The position numbers and the translations under genes are program-made. From a virus, in IMG/VR virus record IMGVR_UViG_3300005617_000005, positions 13,875 to 77,874 of that record: DNA of 64,000 nt; one strand, written 5' to 3'. Shown piece by piece: positions 51,017-61,279 of this stretch. The notes beneath the pieces are model-generated. The model was not told where the DNA came from. It made no database searches and saw nothing but the letters and a program-made list of their open reading frames with translations. The stretch's first letter is position 1; each line of letters begins with the position of its first letter.

Positions 51017-53527
51017 ATGACCGCTGCGCGTCGCCTCGCGGTGTTCGATCCGCGCGAGATTGGCGCGAAGTGTGACGCGTGCCCGCTGAAGCACAAGATC
51101 CCGGTGGCGCCAGCGCCGGCGGGCAAGACGCGCTTCGTGATCGTCGGCGAAGCGCCGGGTCTCACGGAAGAGAAGTACGGTGTGCCCTTCATCGGCAAGT
51201 CGGGCGAGATGCTCAACCAGCTTCTCACAACCAACAGCCTCGACCGCAGCGAAGCGCACGTCACGAACACGCTGCTCTGTCGTCCTGACCACGAGGACCA
51301 GTTCGAGAAGGCGCGCGCGTGCTGCGCGCCGCGCCTCTTCAAGGAGCTCGGTGATCTCCCTGCCGGCGCGCCCATCATTGCGATGGGCAAAGAGGCCGCG
51401 AAGTCGACGCTTGGGATCGGTGGCATCTTGCGGAGCCGCGGCTTCGTGTGGAAAGCGCCCGCGCTCGAGCCGAAGGCAAAGGAGGCGCTGAAGAAGAAAG
51501 CCGGCGCGAAGGCGAAGAAGGAGAAGGACAAGAAGGCGCGGCGCTCGGCGAAGACGAGGCTTCTTCGCGATCGCATCGCGGGTCGCACGGTGCTCCCGAC
51601 GATTCATCCGGCGTTCGTGCTCCGAAGCCAGATCTGGCAGGCGGTGCTCGAAGTCGACATGGAGCGAATCGCTCACTACGTCCGCAACGACAACTTCATC
51701 AAGCTCGAAGACCATCGACCATTCGTCGTCGTCTCGACCGCGCGCGAGCTCCGGAAGCTAGCTAGCAAGCTGAAGGACGTCGTCACGTGCGACATCGAGA
51801 CCGTCGGGCTTCACTTCGACGAGGCCGAGATCAAGTGCGTCGGGATCGGCGACACGAAGCTCACGATCATCGCCTACCCCTGGAAGCGGAAGATGATCCG
51901 TGTCCTCTCGGACATCTTCCGCGAGCGGAAGGTCGTCGGGCACAACTTCATCTGCTTCGACGCGCTCGTCCTTCGATACAACGGCGTCGAGATCGACCCG
52001 AAGTCGATCGAGGACACGATGGTCGCGACGCACGCCTTCGCGAGCCACTTGCCGAAGTCGCTTCTGCACGTCGGGTCGATCTTTTGCAACCTCACGCCGT
52101 GGAAGCACGAGGCCAAGGGCGAAGGTCGCGGTGAGAAGGGACAGCCGACGCAAATCGACAAGCTACCACCGGACAAACTCGTTCGCTACAACGCGAGCGA
52201 CGTCCAGGTCACGGCGCTCTCGTGGAAGCGCATGCAGGTCGATCTCGCGTCCGAGCGTCACACGTACGAGATGGATCTTCGTGTCGCGACGCTCTGCTCG
52301 CGAATGACCGTTGCCGGATTCCGGTTCGATCACGAGCGGGCGCGCGAGCTCGATCGTTCGTTGAAGAAACGCGCGAAGGAGCTGCTCCGCGAAATGCGCG
52401 GGCTCGCCAATATGAGCGGGTTCAATCCAGCGAGCGCGTACGACGTTCGGCACGTTCTCTATCGAAGATTCGGCGCGCCCATCCTACAAATCACACCGGG
52501 CGGCTTGCCGGCGACGGGCAAGGGCGTGCTCGAACAGCTCAAGACGGACGACTCGAAGATCGGAAAGCTCGCGTCATTGATCTTGAAGTGGCGCGGCGCG
52601 ACGAAAACGCGCGGTACCTTTCTCTCCGTGTACGTCTCGCGCGACGGGCGCGTGCACGCCGGCTGGCGAATCGGCCCGGTGACGGGGCGTCTCTCGTGCC
52701 GCGGCCCGAACCTGATGAACATCCCGCGCTACACGCCGGACAAGGAAACGAAGATCGTTGATCTCTGCGATCGCGTGCGCGAGTGCTACATCCCGAAGCC
52801 AGGCTACGTCATCGTCTACTTCGATCTCGCGCAGGCCGAGGCGCGCTTCGCTGCGAATCTCTCGCGCGACAAGAAGTTCATCGCGGCGTGCGCCGGCGAC
52901 GTGCATGCCGGCAATGCGAAAGTGATTTTTCCTGACGAGGCCGCGAAGGGCTGGCTCGACGGCGACGCCGCGAAGGATCCGAAGAAGGGCAGGCCCTACC
53001 GCGACGTCGCGAAGAACTCTGGCTTCGCGATCTACTACCTCGCCGGATGGGAGACCGTGTTCGATCGGCTCCGCGCGGACGGCTTCGACGTTTCGCCATC
53101 CGACTGCCGCGCGATCCTCGACGCGATCCACGCGACGTACACCGGCTACTACGACTTCGTCACGAAGAACGTCGAGTTCGTGAAGAAGAATGGCTACCTC
53201 CGCACGTTCGGGCAGAAGCGCATCCGTTGGTTCGGGCCCGTGCCGGTACCGAGCGAGGTCGCGAACTTCCCGATTCAGGGCGGTATCGCCGATCACATGA
53301 ACGAGCGGTTGTTGAAACTCGAGCGGAAATTGCACCGCAGCCGTCTCGATGCCACGATCATCGCTCAGGTGCACGACGCGGGGCTCATCGAGACGCGAAT
53401 CGATCAGGTCGACGATGTGAACGGCCTCGTGCGCGAGGTGTACGAGCCCGACGTCATGATCGAGGGTTGCGCGCCGTTCAAGATTCCGATTGATTTGAAA
53501 GCAGGTGATCGATGGTCGCAGTTCTGA
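51017..53527 (+). CDS. Family A DNA polymerase with N-terminal family-4 uracil-DNA glycosylase domain
   Basis: UDG: C..CP, GEAPG..E...G.PF.G.SG, CRP, HPA; Exo: DIET, HN..FD, YN..D; Pol: TGRLS, D.AQ.E.R, R...K...F...Y, QVHD. Confidence 0.93.
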   Translation: MTAARRLAVFDPREIGAKCDACPLKHKIPVAPAPAGKTRFVIVGEAPGLTEEKYGVPFIGKSGEMLNQLLTTNSLDRSEAHVTNTLLCRPDHEDQFEKARACCAPRLFKELGDLPAGAPIIAMGKEAAKSTLGIGGILRSRGFVWKAPALEPKAKEALKKKAGAKAKKEKDKKARRSAKTRLLRDRIAGRTVLPTIHPAFVLRSQIWQAVLEVDMERIAHYVRNDNFIKLEDHRPFVVVSTARELRKLASKLKDVVTCDIETVGLHFDEAEIKCVGIGDTKLTIIAYPWKRKMIRVLSDIFRERKVVGHNFICFDALVLRYNGVEIDPKSIEDTMVATHAFASHLPKSLLHVGSIFCNLTPWKHEAKGEGRGEKGQPTQIDKLPPDKLVRYNASDVQVTALSWKRMQVDLASERHTYEMDLRVATLCSRMTVAGFRFDHERARELDRSLKKRAKELLREMRGLANMSGFNPASAYDVRHVLYRRFGAPILQITPGGLPATGKGVLEQLKTDDSKIGKLASLILKWRGATKTRGTFLSVYVSRDGRVHAGWRIGPVTGRLSCRGPNLMNIPRYTPDKETKIVDLCDRVRECYIPKPGYVIVYFDLAQAEARFAANLSRDKKFIAACAGDVHAGNAKVIFPDEAAKGWLDGDAAKDPKKGRPYRDVAKNSGFAIYYLAGWETVFDRLRADGFDVSPSDCRAILDAIHATYTGYYDFVTKNVEFVKKNGYLRTFGQKRIRWFGPVPVPSEVANFPIQGGIADHMNERLLKLERKLHRSRLDATIIAQVHDAGLIETRIDQVDDVNGLVREVYEPDVMIEGCAPFKIPIDLKAGDRWSQF

Positions 53528-54352
53528 AAAATCGGTGAGGACGACAATGGACGAAAAGTACAAGTGGATCTCGATCGCCAACCTCTCGCTGACCGTCGAG
53601 GGAGAGAAGCACGTGCTTCAGATCGTCGTGAGCCCGGACATCTGGACGGTGCTGGCGCTCGAACGTACGCGAGAGGTCTTTGATAAGGCGGAGCTCCCGC
53701 CTGATGGCATCGGCGCGCACAAGCACGCGATGCTCGGCAAGTTCGTGGGGCCGCTCGAGGCGCTTCAAGCCGCGGAACGTTTCGCCGATGAGTGGAAGAA
53801 GACGGAGACGTTGGATGCCGCGGTGTGCGCATGCTCGGCGTGAACAAAGAGAAGCGCGCCAAAGCGAAGGCACTTCGTGAGTTTCACGCGGCGTTGGCTG
53901 CGAGGCCATACGACTACGTGCGGGTGCTGAATGCGCGCACGGCGCTCACGAGGGCACACTGGCCAAAATACGGAGAGCCGTGGACCGACGGCGAGGTTCT
54001 CGCGCTCAAGCGCGCGGTGCGCTCCAAAATCGGTCACGCAAAACTGCCGAAGCGTCTCAGCTCGAAGATGCTCAGAGAGTTGAGCAAGCGGTTCGGCCGG
54101 ACCGACAACGCGATCTCATGCAGATGGCAATGGATCACTTTCGCGGAGCGCACACGATGACGACTCTTTTCTGCCACGAGTGCCTGAAGAAAGACGGTCG
54201 TCGATCGATCGCGTTCGTGACGGTTCACGACAAGAACGGGTGCACGCACCTCTGTTGGTCGCACGCGAAGAAGCGAGAGAACGATCCCGCAGCGGTCATC
54301 GGGCATTCGGTGGATTGCGCTGAGGCTCGATACAGGGGATGGTGATTCACGC

Positions 54353-54381
54353 TTGAGTATTGCTCTAGCATGAAGTAGGGT
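54353..54381 (+). promoter_or_regulatory. Promoter with palindromic operator upstream of the HerA-like gene
   Basis: TTGAGT-17 nt-TAGGGT; GCTTGAGTA-T-TGCTCTAGC at 54351-54369. Confidence 0.6.
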
Positions 54382-54402
54382 GGGTCTGGTACAGGGGATG
54401 AC

Positions 54403-56298
54403 ATGAAACGAATGAAGCTCGCGCCGGGCTTCGCCGTGCCTGATCTCACGACGGAGACCCTCGGCATCATCGGAAAGCGTGGCTCGGGAAAGAGCCACAC
54501 CGGGACGTTGATTGTCGAAGAGCTGCTCGAGCTCGACTCGCAGGTCATCGTGATCGATCCGATTGGAGGAGCGTGGGGGCTCCGCGCCGGCGCGAACGGA
54601 AAGAAGGACGGTGGGTATGCGATTCCGATTTTTGGCGGACTGCACGGTGATATGCCTCTCGAAGAGAAGGCGGGCGCTCTCCTCGCGGACTACCTGGTCG
54701 AAAACCGGTTGTCCGGGGTGCTCGACCTTTCGGGCTTTTCAAAGAGCGCGATGCGGCGCTTCGTGCGCGACTTCGCGGAGCGCTTCTACTTCCTGAAGAA
54801 CAAGCGGCGTGATCCGGTTCACGTCGTCATCGACGAGTGCGATCTCTTCGTCCCTCAACGCGTCGACTCGCAGGACATGATGCCGCTCGTCGGCGCGATC
54901 AACGACTTCGTTTTGCGCGGCAGGCAGCGCGGCATCGGCGTCACGTTGATCTCGCAGCGACCCGCGCGCATCGCGAAGGACGTGCTCACGCAGGTCGAGA
55001 TTCTGATCGCGTTCCGGCTCACGGGTCCGCAGGACATCAAGGCGTTCGGCGAATGGATCGAGCACAACGGAACGAAGGACGAGCAGAAGGAAGTGCTCGC
55101 GTCGCTCTCGTCGCTCGAGCGCGGCACCGGATGGTTCTGGGCGCCGGGGGTCATGAACGGTTTGCTCCGGCAGATCGAGTTCCGCGAGCGCCGCACGTTC
55201 GATTCGTCACGCACACCCGACGGCCGACGCGTGAAGCCGCCGAAGACGCTCAAGGATGTCGACCTCGGCGAGCTCGACGACGCGATGAAGGCGCAGGTCG
55301 AGCGCGCGAAGGCGGAGGACCCGAAGGCGTTGAGGAGCGAAGTGATGCGCTTGAAAAAAGAGCTGGAGAAGAAGCAAGCGTTGCCGCCGAAGATCCAAGC
55401 GGCGCCGAAACCTCCGCGGTTGCCGAAGCGCGTCGAGGTGCCGATGCTCACGAAGCGCCAAGAGGCGCGGCTCGAAAAGCAGGTGAACGCACTCGTAAGG
55501 GCGTTGACGAGTGTGAACGAGGAGGCACTTCACGCGACAGGCATCGCCAACACGGCGCTCGATGAACTCAAGCGCCTTCGCCAACAGATGCATCAGCTCG
55601 CGGTCGGCAAGATCGCGGTGCCAAAAACTTCGGTCGGCGCGGTGGCCGGTTCACCCTCTCCCGTTCCCGCTCCGCGCCGATCGGAGGTTGATGACGCGCT
55701 TCGTGCGGGGATGCCGCGACTCAAGGCCGCGCTCAAAGCCGGCACGAAGTTGAAGGAGCATACGATCAAGATTGAGGCGACGTTCGATGCTGACTCCGAG
55801 GAGGTCAAGCGGCTCGGCAAGGGCGAACGAAAGGTCATGATCGCGGTGGCGCAGTACGAAGCTGAGGGTGTGACGAAGAAGCAGATCACGCAAATGACCA
55901 ACTACAAGCGGTCGACGCGCGACGCGTATTTGCTACGTCTGCGCAACGCAGGGTTCACTGAAGAGGGCGGCTCGGGTCGAATCCGAGCAACGGGCGAAGG
56001 TATCGCGTGGCTCGGTGACGATTACGAGACGCTTCCGACCGGTGATGCTCTCTACAAGCACTGGCTCCCGCGGTTGCCGGAAGGTGAGCGCCGAATTCTT
56101 GTGCTCGCGCACGAGACGTACCCCGACGATCTCGAAAAGAGCGATCTCGACGTACAGCTTCGCGAGAGCGGAGACGCCTACGCGCGGTCGTCGCGTGACG
56201 CATACATCTTGCGGCTCAAGAACCGTCGTTTGATCGAAGAGCCGAGTCGCGGCTCGATTCGGATGGCGGACGCGCTCGCGGACGAAGGAGAGTTCTAG
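54403..56298 (+). CDS. HerA/DUF87-family ATPase with coiled coil and C-terminal wHTH-like repeats
   Basis: GKRGSGKS, IDPIG, VIDECD, ISQRPA; two RS[T/S]RDAY[L/I]LRL repeats. Confidence 0.85.
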   Translation: MKRMKLAPGFAVPDLTTETLGIIGKRGSGKSHTGTLIVEELLELDSQVIVIDPIGGAWGLRAGANGKKDGGYAIPIFGGLHGDMPLEEKAGALLADYLVENRLSGVLDLSGFSKSAMRRFVRDFAERFYFLKNKRRDPVHVVIDECDLFVPQRVDSQDMMPLVGAINDFVLRGRQRGIGVTLISQRPARIAKDVLTQVEILIAFRLTGPQDIKAFGEWIEHNGTKDEQKEVLASLSSLERGTGWFWAPGVMNGLLRQIEFRERRTFDSSRTPDGRRVKPPKTLKDVDLGELDDAMKAQVERAKAEDPKALRSEVMRLKKELEKKQALPPKIQAAPKPPRLPKRVEVPMLTKRQEARLEKQVNALVRALTSVNEEALHATGIANTALDELKRLRQQMHQLAVGKIAVPKTSVGAVAGSPSPVPAPRRSEVDDALRAGMPRLKAALKAGTKLKEHTIKIEATFDADSEEVKRLGKGERKVMIAVAQYEAEGVTKKQITQMTNYKRSTRDAYLLRLRNAGFTEEGGSGRIRATGEGIAWLGDDYETLPTGDALYKHWLPRLPEGERRILVLAHETYPDDLEKSDLDVQLRESGDAYARSSRDAYILRLKNRRLIEEPSRGSIRMADALADEGEF

Positions 56299-56300
56299 TC

Positions 56301-56765
56301 ATGGGCAAACTGAATGAACACGTGACGGACTTTCACAAGAAGTTCGGGCAGCCGATCGGTACTCGACCGAAGGTGCCCGAAGAGAAGGTATTGCGCTTTC
56401 GAGCAAAGCTGCATCTCGAAGAATTTCGAGAGCTGATCGAAGCGATGTTCGGCGGCACGTACGACAATCGCTGGCGCGAGATTGAAGAAGTAATCGAAAA
56501 GTATCCGCTTGCGGTCAACTTCCCCGAGATGATCGATGCGCTAGGCGACATGGACTACATCAGCGAGGGCACTCGCATCGTATGTGGTGTCGATGGCGAC
56601 CCGATCGCTGACGAGATTCAACGCGCCAACATGTCGAAGGATCCAGCGTACGTCGAGGCGAAGGACTCGTATCACTCAAGCGCAACGATCAAGCCGACAA
56701 AACCCGAAGGCTGGACGCCGCCCGACATCGAGGGCGAGTTGAAAAAGCAGGGGTGGATGCCGTGA
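56301..56765 (+). CDS. MazG-like / PRA-PH family NTP pyrophosphohydrolase
   Basis: V.DFH.KF...EEFREL...DALGDM.Y...EIQRANMSK...KP.GW.PPD. Confidence 0.88.
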   Translation: MGKLNEHVTDFHKKFGQPIGTRPKVPEEKVLRFRAKLHLEEFRELIEAMFGGTYDNRWREIEEVIEKYPLAVNFPEMIDALGDMDYISEGTRIVCGVDGDPIADEIQRANMSKDPAYVEAKDSYHSSATIKPTKPEGWTPPDIEGELKKQGWMP

Positions 56766-57152
56766 CGTGCTCGCGTTGCAAAGAAGCCTATGCCGATGGC
56801 AAACCCGACAGCTTCGGTAGCGAGCCGGAGTGTGCCTTCAAGACGGACGTTTTCGACTCGAACAACTGGCAGTGCCAGACGATGTGCGCGCTGCGCGAGC
56901 TCGTTGACGGAGATGCCGATCGTGAGCGCACCTCTATCTGGAACGACGACCAGTGGGCTGCGATCGTTCCGATGCCGTCGCCGAAGAACGACGAAGAGCT
57001 TCGCGAGAAGGTCGCGCTTGGCGGTTGGGACTTCATCATTCTCGGTTGGTACAAGCACCGCGGCCGGACGGAGGCCGCGTACATGTTGCGCGAAAGCGAA
57101 ATGGCGCCGCTGACGTTGGCGGTCGCCGAAAAGGTACTCGGAGAAAAGTGAC

Positions 57153-58037
57153 ATGGCCTACGAAGCAAAAATCATCGCGGATTCGATTTCGCCGGACGAC
57201 ATCCGGCTCACGACGATGCAGGTGACATTTCCGCGCATCGTGCTCGCGGAGTTCAACACGCATCGAATGCTCTCGCGGAACAGCGCCAGTTCGCGCGCGA
57301 TTCCCGTCGAGAAGATGATCGAGCGCGTTCGCAAAGACCCGTTCGTTCCGATCTACTGGGGGAAGAACCAGAAGGGCATGCAGGCCGACGTCGAACTCAC
57401 CGCCAGCGAGATCGCCAACGCCGAGCACATCTGGCTCGACAAGCGAAACCACGCGGTCAACGCCGCGCTCGGGATGATCGAGATCGGCGTCCACAAACAG
57501 ATCGCGAACCGCCTACTCGAGCCGTGGCTCTGGCACACGGTCGTAGTCACGGCCACGGAGTGGGAGAACTTCTTCAATCTCCGCTGCCACAAGGACGCGC
57601 AGCCCGAGATTCGACGCGTCGCGGAGATGATGCGCGGAATCTATCAGGCGGGCTCGCCGCAGCGCCTCGATTACGGTCAGTGGCATCTCCCGTATGTCGG
57701 GCAGCACGACGCGATGGACGCGATCTCTTCGGCCGTGGGAACGATGGGGCGCCCCGAGCTCGTAGCAAAAGAAGGGCTGAAGTGGGCACGGATCTCATCC
57801 GCGCGTTGCGCGCGCGTGAGCTATCTCACGCAAGAAGGAAGGCGCGACATCGAGGAGGACATCAAGCTCGCCGATCGCCTTCACACTTCGGGCCACATGA
57901 GCCCGTTCGAGCACGCGGCGAAACCGCGCGCGGACGATTGGAAAGAGCATCGCATGGGCTTTCTCGGCAACTTCCGCGGCTGGACGCAATACCGGAAGCT
58001 GCTCCCGAGCGAAGCCGTGTTCGGTGGAGAGATTTGA
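57153..58037 (+). CDS. thyX: ThyX-like FAD-dependent thymidylate synthase (phage type)
   Basis: PRIVLAEFNTHRMLSRNSASSRAIP, HKQ.ANRLLEP, FF.LR, ARVSY, H.SPFEH. Confidence 0.8.
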   Translation: MAYEAKIIADSISPDDIRLTTMQVTFPRIVLAEFNTHRMLSRNSASSRAIPVEKMIERVRKDPFVPIYWGKNQKGMQADVELTASEIANAEHIWLDKRNHAVNAALGMIEIGVHKQIANRLLEPWLWHTVVVTATEWENFFNLRCHKDAQPEIRRVAEMMRGIYQAGSPQRLDYGQWHLPYVGQHDAMDAISSAVGTMGRPELVAKEGLKWARISSARCARVSYLTQEGRRDIEEDIKLADRLHTSGHMSPFEHAAKPRADDWKEHRMGFLGNFRGWTQYRKLLPSEAVFGGEI

Positions 58038-58373
58038 AGTGGCGTACCGCGAATCAGCGAGAGGGATCATGTCAGACAAAATCGAAATGCCGTCGGGGTT
58101 TATCCGCACGTGGAAAGCGTTCGTGCTTTGTTTGCTCAACGGCATTCTCGGCAGTGTCGTCACGGGCTACATCGGTCATTCGTACGCGCGTGTCGAGACG
58201 AAAGAGGTGCGCATCGAAGTGCCTCCGAAAGCATGTCGTGATGGCGTCATCTTCATGAGCGAAGTGACCGCCGCCGCTTGTGACTACCCCGAGCAGGTGG
58301 GCGCGCTCATCGAGCGGAACAACCACACGTGGTACGAGTGCACGTGCCCGCGCGCGAACGCCTCGGTGCCAAA

Positions 58374-58685
58374 ATGAAAAAGCCCAAGATCGTCGCCGTC
58401 ATCGGCTCGAGTCGCTTCAAGCAATTCCACCTCGGGCACGCGCAGCGCCTCACGCTCCAGGGGAAGATCGTGCTCGTCACGGGCTTCTGGCATCACGTCG
58501 ACAACTTCCCGATCTCCTTCTCGCAGAAGGAAGACCTCGACGACCTCACGCGCGCGAAAGTGTCGCTCGCTGACGAGGTTTTTGTCGTCAACATGAACGG
58601 CTACATCGGCGAGTCGACGAAGCGCGCGATCGCCGAGGCCGAAACGCTTGGCAAGGCCATCACCTACGCGGAGCCGATCGAATGA
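58374..58685 (+). CDS. Nucleoside 2-deoxyribosyltransferase-like fold protein
   Basis: GS.RF...L.L.G.IVL...K..LD.L...K..LADEVFVVN..GYIGEST..I..A...GK.I.Y. Confidence 0.75.
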   Translation: MKKPKIVAVIGSSRFKQFHLGHAQRLTLQGKIVLVTGFWHHVDNFPISFSQKEDLDDLTRAKVSLADEVFVVNMNGYIGESTKRAIAEAETLGKAITYAEPIE

Positions 58686-60241
58686 GCGAGATCATTTGTG
58701 TGACTTGTCGACGCCCGATCACTTCGGGCGATGCGCTGCGCCACGGCTACGGTGGCGTTTCGCACGAGCGCGATCGGTGCATATCGATTCTTCTCGCAGA
58801 GAGCGATGGTGCGGGCGCGTGGCAGCGAAAAGCCAGAGACCTGTTGAAGCTGTTCGAGCACGCCGTCTCGACGTTCATCGACAATCCGCCTCCCGTGATT
58901 CGCGTAGGCGAGCCGGCAGCGCGTTTCGGTGATTGGATCAATGACGCGCGAGTGGTGTGTGCCGATACGCGTGAGTTTCTTCGGCTCGGCGTCGTGACGA
59001 GCGACTGCAAGTGCACTGAGATCATGCAAGCCGACGAGACGCGGCACTTTCGCGGCTGTCCGATGCGCGAGAAGTACCCGACGCACGAGGCCGAGCGCGC
59101 CGAGCTCAAGGCGCAGCCGGATGATGCGCTGCTCGCAGAGGCGGTCGTATTTCTCACCGGTATCGACTCCGGCTTCACCGTGGAATCCGCTGAAACCAAG
59201 ATTCTTGCCGACAAATTCAAACGCATCCGCGATCAAGCGAAAGAGAACGAGCGCGTCCTCTTGGACATGAGCAACGCTTGGTCGTCGCGCGAGGCGGCAC
59301 CGCCCGGCGCCGTCGAGCTGAAGCACGAGCCGCCGACCGTGTACGAGCACGAACTGAATCTTCATCGAAGAGCCATGGCGTCGATGGACGATCCGGTCTC
59401 TCGGGCCGTTTTCTTTCTGCTCGCAGTGGCACACCAACCGGTACCTGCCGACTACGTTCCGGCTGGCGCAATTCAAGACCGCTTCGAGGAGATCGAAGGG
59501 CGAGCCGCTGATCTCCACAAGCACATTCTGCGTGTGGAGTCCGACATCGCGCACGGGGCGGGACCGGTATCCGAGATGCTCGGTATTTTCATCAACGCAC
59601 GTGGCCCACTTGAGCAGCACCAAGCACTCCAGTCTCTTCAGCGCCGGTTGTTGGTGGCACCCATCGCGCCGCGATTCGTTCCGGTTGAGTGGCCTGATCG
59701 CCCGAAGGTCGTTGTGCTCTGCGGCTCGACGCGATTCAGCAAAGCATTCGCCGATGCGAACCTCGCGGAGACGCTCAAGGGCAACATCATTCTCACGGTC
59801 GGTAACTTGATGCATTCCTCGGATGCAGACACCGAGGCGTGCGTGCGTTGTCGTGCGACAGATCGGGCGGCGCCGTGCGTGAAGGGCTACTCGGCGCATC
59901 AGTTCGAGCGGCTCACGAGTGCGTGGCACAAGGACACGAAGAAAGCGCTCGACGCGCTGCACTTCAAGAAGATCGAAATGGCCGACGAGGTCTTCGTGCT
60001 CAACGTTGAAGCCTGCGCGTTGTGCAAGAAGGTGCGCGGTGTGTCGAACTTGTGTGTTCACGAGCACCAACAGCACGGCTTTTTGCCGTACGTCGGTGAG
60101 TCGACGCGCAACGAGATTCGTCACGCTTTGACGTTGAAGAAGCGCATCCGTTTTCTCAACAGGCAGGGCGATATTTGGAGTCTCTTGCCGGGAGACGTTC
60201 CATCCGTCGATGAGATCATGAAGCAGATGGGGCTCGCGTGA
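58682..60241 (+). CDS. Multidomain protein with C-terminal NDT-like domain carrying Cys insertions
   Basis: CGSTRF...KKALDALHFKKIEMADEVFVLN...YVGESTRNEI. Confidence 0.7.
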   Translation: MSEIICVTCRRPITSGDALRHGYGGVSHERDRCISILLAESDGAGAWQRKARDLLKLFEHAVSTFIDNPPPVIRVGEPAARFGDWINDARVVCADTREFLRLGVVTSDCKCTEIMQADETRHFRGCPMREKYPTHEAERAELKAQPDDALLAEAVVFLTGIDSGFTVESAETKILADKFKRIRDQAKENERVLLDMSNAWSSREAAPPGAVELKHEPPTVYEHELNLHRRAMASMDDPVSRAVFFLLAVAHQPVPADYVPAGAIQDRFEEIEGRAADLHKHILRVESDIAHGAGPVSEMLGIFINARGPLEQHQALQSLQRRLLVAPIAPRFVPVEWPDRPKVVVLCGSTRFSKAFADANLAETLKGNIILTVGNLMHSSDADTEACVRCRATDRAAPCVKGYSAHQFERLTSAWHKDTKKALDALHFKKIEMADEVFVLNVEACALCKKVRGVSNLCVHEHQQHGFLPYVGESTRNEIRHALTLKKRIRFLNRQGDIWSLLPGDVPSVDEIMKQMGLA

Positions 60242-60452
60242 GCCACGCCTGCCACGCGATCGGATGCAAGGTCGAAGTCCCGCCGCGGATGCTGATGTGT
60301 CTTCGGCACTGGCGAATGGTTCCGCCGAGCATCCAGCGTCGTGTGTGGGACGCGTACGTGCCCGGACAAGAAATCCGCAAAGACCCAACGAAGAAGTACC
60401 TGCGAGTGCAGAAGATGGCTGTCGACGCGGTGGCCAAAAAGGAAGGACGACG

Positions 60453-60983
60453 ATGAGCAAGCGGCGCGTGACGGATCCACTCACGAAGAAGCTCATGAGT
60501 GACATCAAGACAAAGGGTGTGCTCGGTGCGATCGTGCACTCCGCGCCAAAGCTGACGCGCGTGCCCGTCGACTACCGCTACGACGCGCTCAACCCCGAGT
60601 TCGAGAAGATGCTCGCGCAGATCGCGTCGTACGCCGACGGGAAGTACGGCGACTGCCATCTCTACGCGAAGCTCCCCGATCGTCTGCGCGGTGAAAAGTC
60701 ACCGGTGAATCATATGCGCGAGCACCTTCGGCAGTACATGGCCGGGGAGCTCTACGATCACTTCAACGGCGATCGCGCCTGGCACCTCGCCGCTATCGCG
60801 TACAATGCGATGATGGAGCTGTTCTTCTTGAGGAAGTTCGGCTTCGAGCTCCACACGTTGACCCAACCCGCTAACGACCTCGACAGACGAAAGAAGAAGC
60901 GATGGCCAAGTACGAAGCGACGATCAAGCTCCCCGTCTCATGCGCGAGCGACAGCGTCGCCGCCAAAGCGGTCGAGACGTTGA
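60453..60983 (+). CDS. DUF5664-like (dATP/dGTP diphosphohydrolase-associated) protein
   Basis: RYDAL...YADGKYG...HL..Y.AGE.YD......HLA.IA.N.M. Confidence 0.7.
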   Translation: MSKRRVTDPLTKKLMSDIKTKGVLGAIVHSAPKLTRVPVDYRYDALNPEFEKMLAQIASYADGKYGDCHLYAKLPDRLRGEKSPVNHMREHLRQYMAGELYDHFNGDRAWHLAAIAYNAMMELFFLRKFGFELHTLTQPANDLDRRKKKRWPSTKRRSSSPSHARATASPPKRSRR

Positions 60984-61279
60984 AAAAGTTCCTCGACAGC
61001 ACGATCGTGAAGGCGACGCTCATCGGGTACGGCATCTCCGTGCTCGCGCCGCCAGAGATCACGATCGCCCGAAAGAAGACTTGAAGAAGGGGTGCATCGC
61101 GTGCGAGGCCGATGCGCAAGAGAAGTCACCGAGCAAAGCGACGCTCGTCCTCTTGTTCGTGCTCATCGGGTTCGAGATGCCTCTCGAACGAATCGCGGCT
61201 GGCTTGTGCAAAAAGCACGGCAAGAAGCTCAAGTCGATGCTCGCGCGAATCGGCGCAAAACCGGTGGTAGACTCGGCCC

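Noticed and set aside
54403-56298. HerA-like ATPase as genome-packaging motor
   Set aside because: Large size, coiled coil and wHTH-like tail, and placement among replication genes do not fit A32/P9-type packaging ATPases; cannot be fully excluded
56301-60983. Z-base (2-aminoadenine) genome pathway
   Set aside because: No PurZ recognised in the window, and a Dam-type adenine methyltransferase is present
60902-60983. Programmed frameshift at the 82-nt overlap after the DUF5664-like gene
   Set aside because: No clear slippery heptamer or stimulatory structure; more simply a lost stop codon extending the C-terminus
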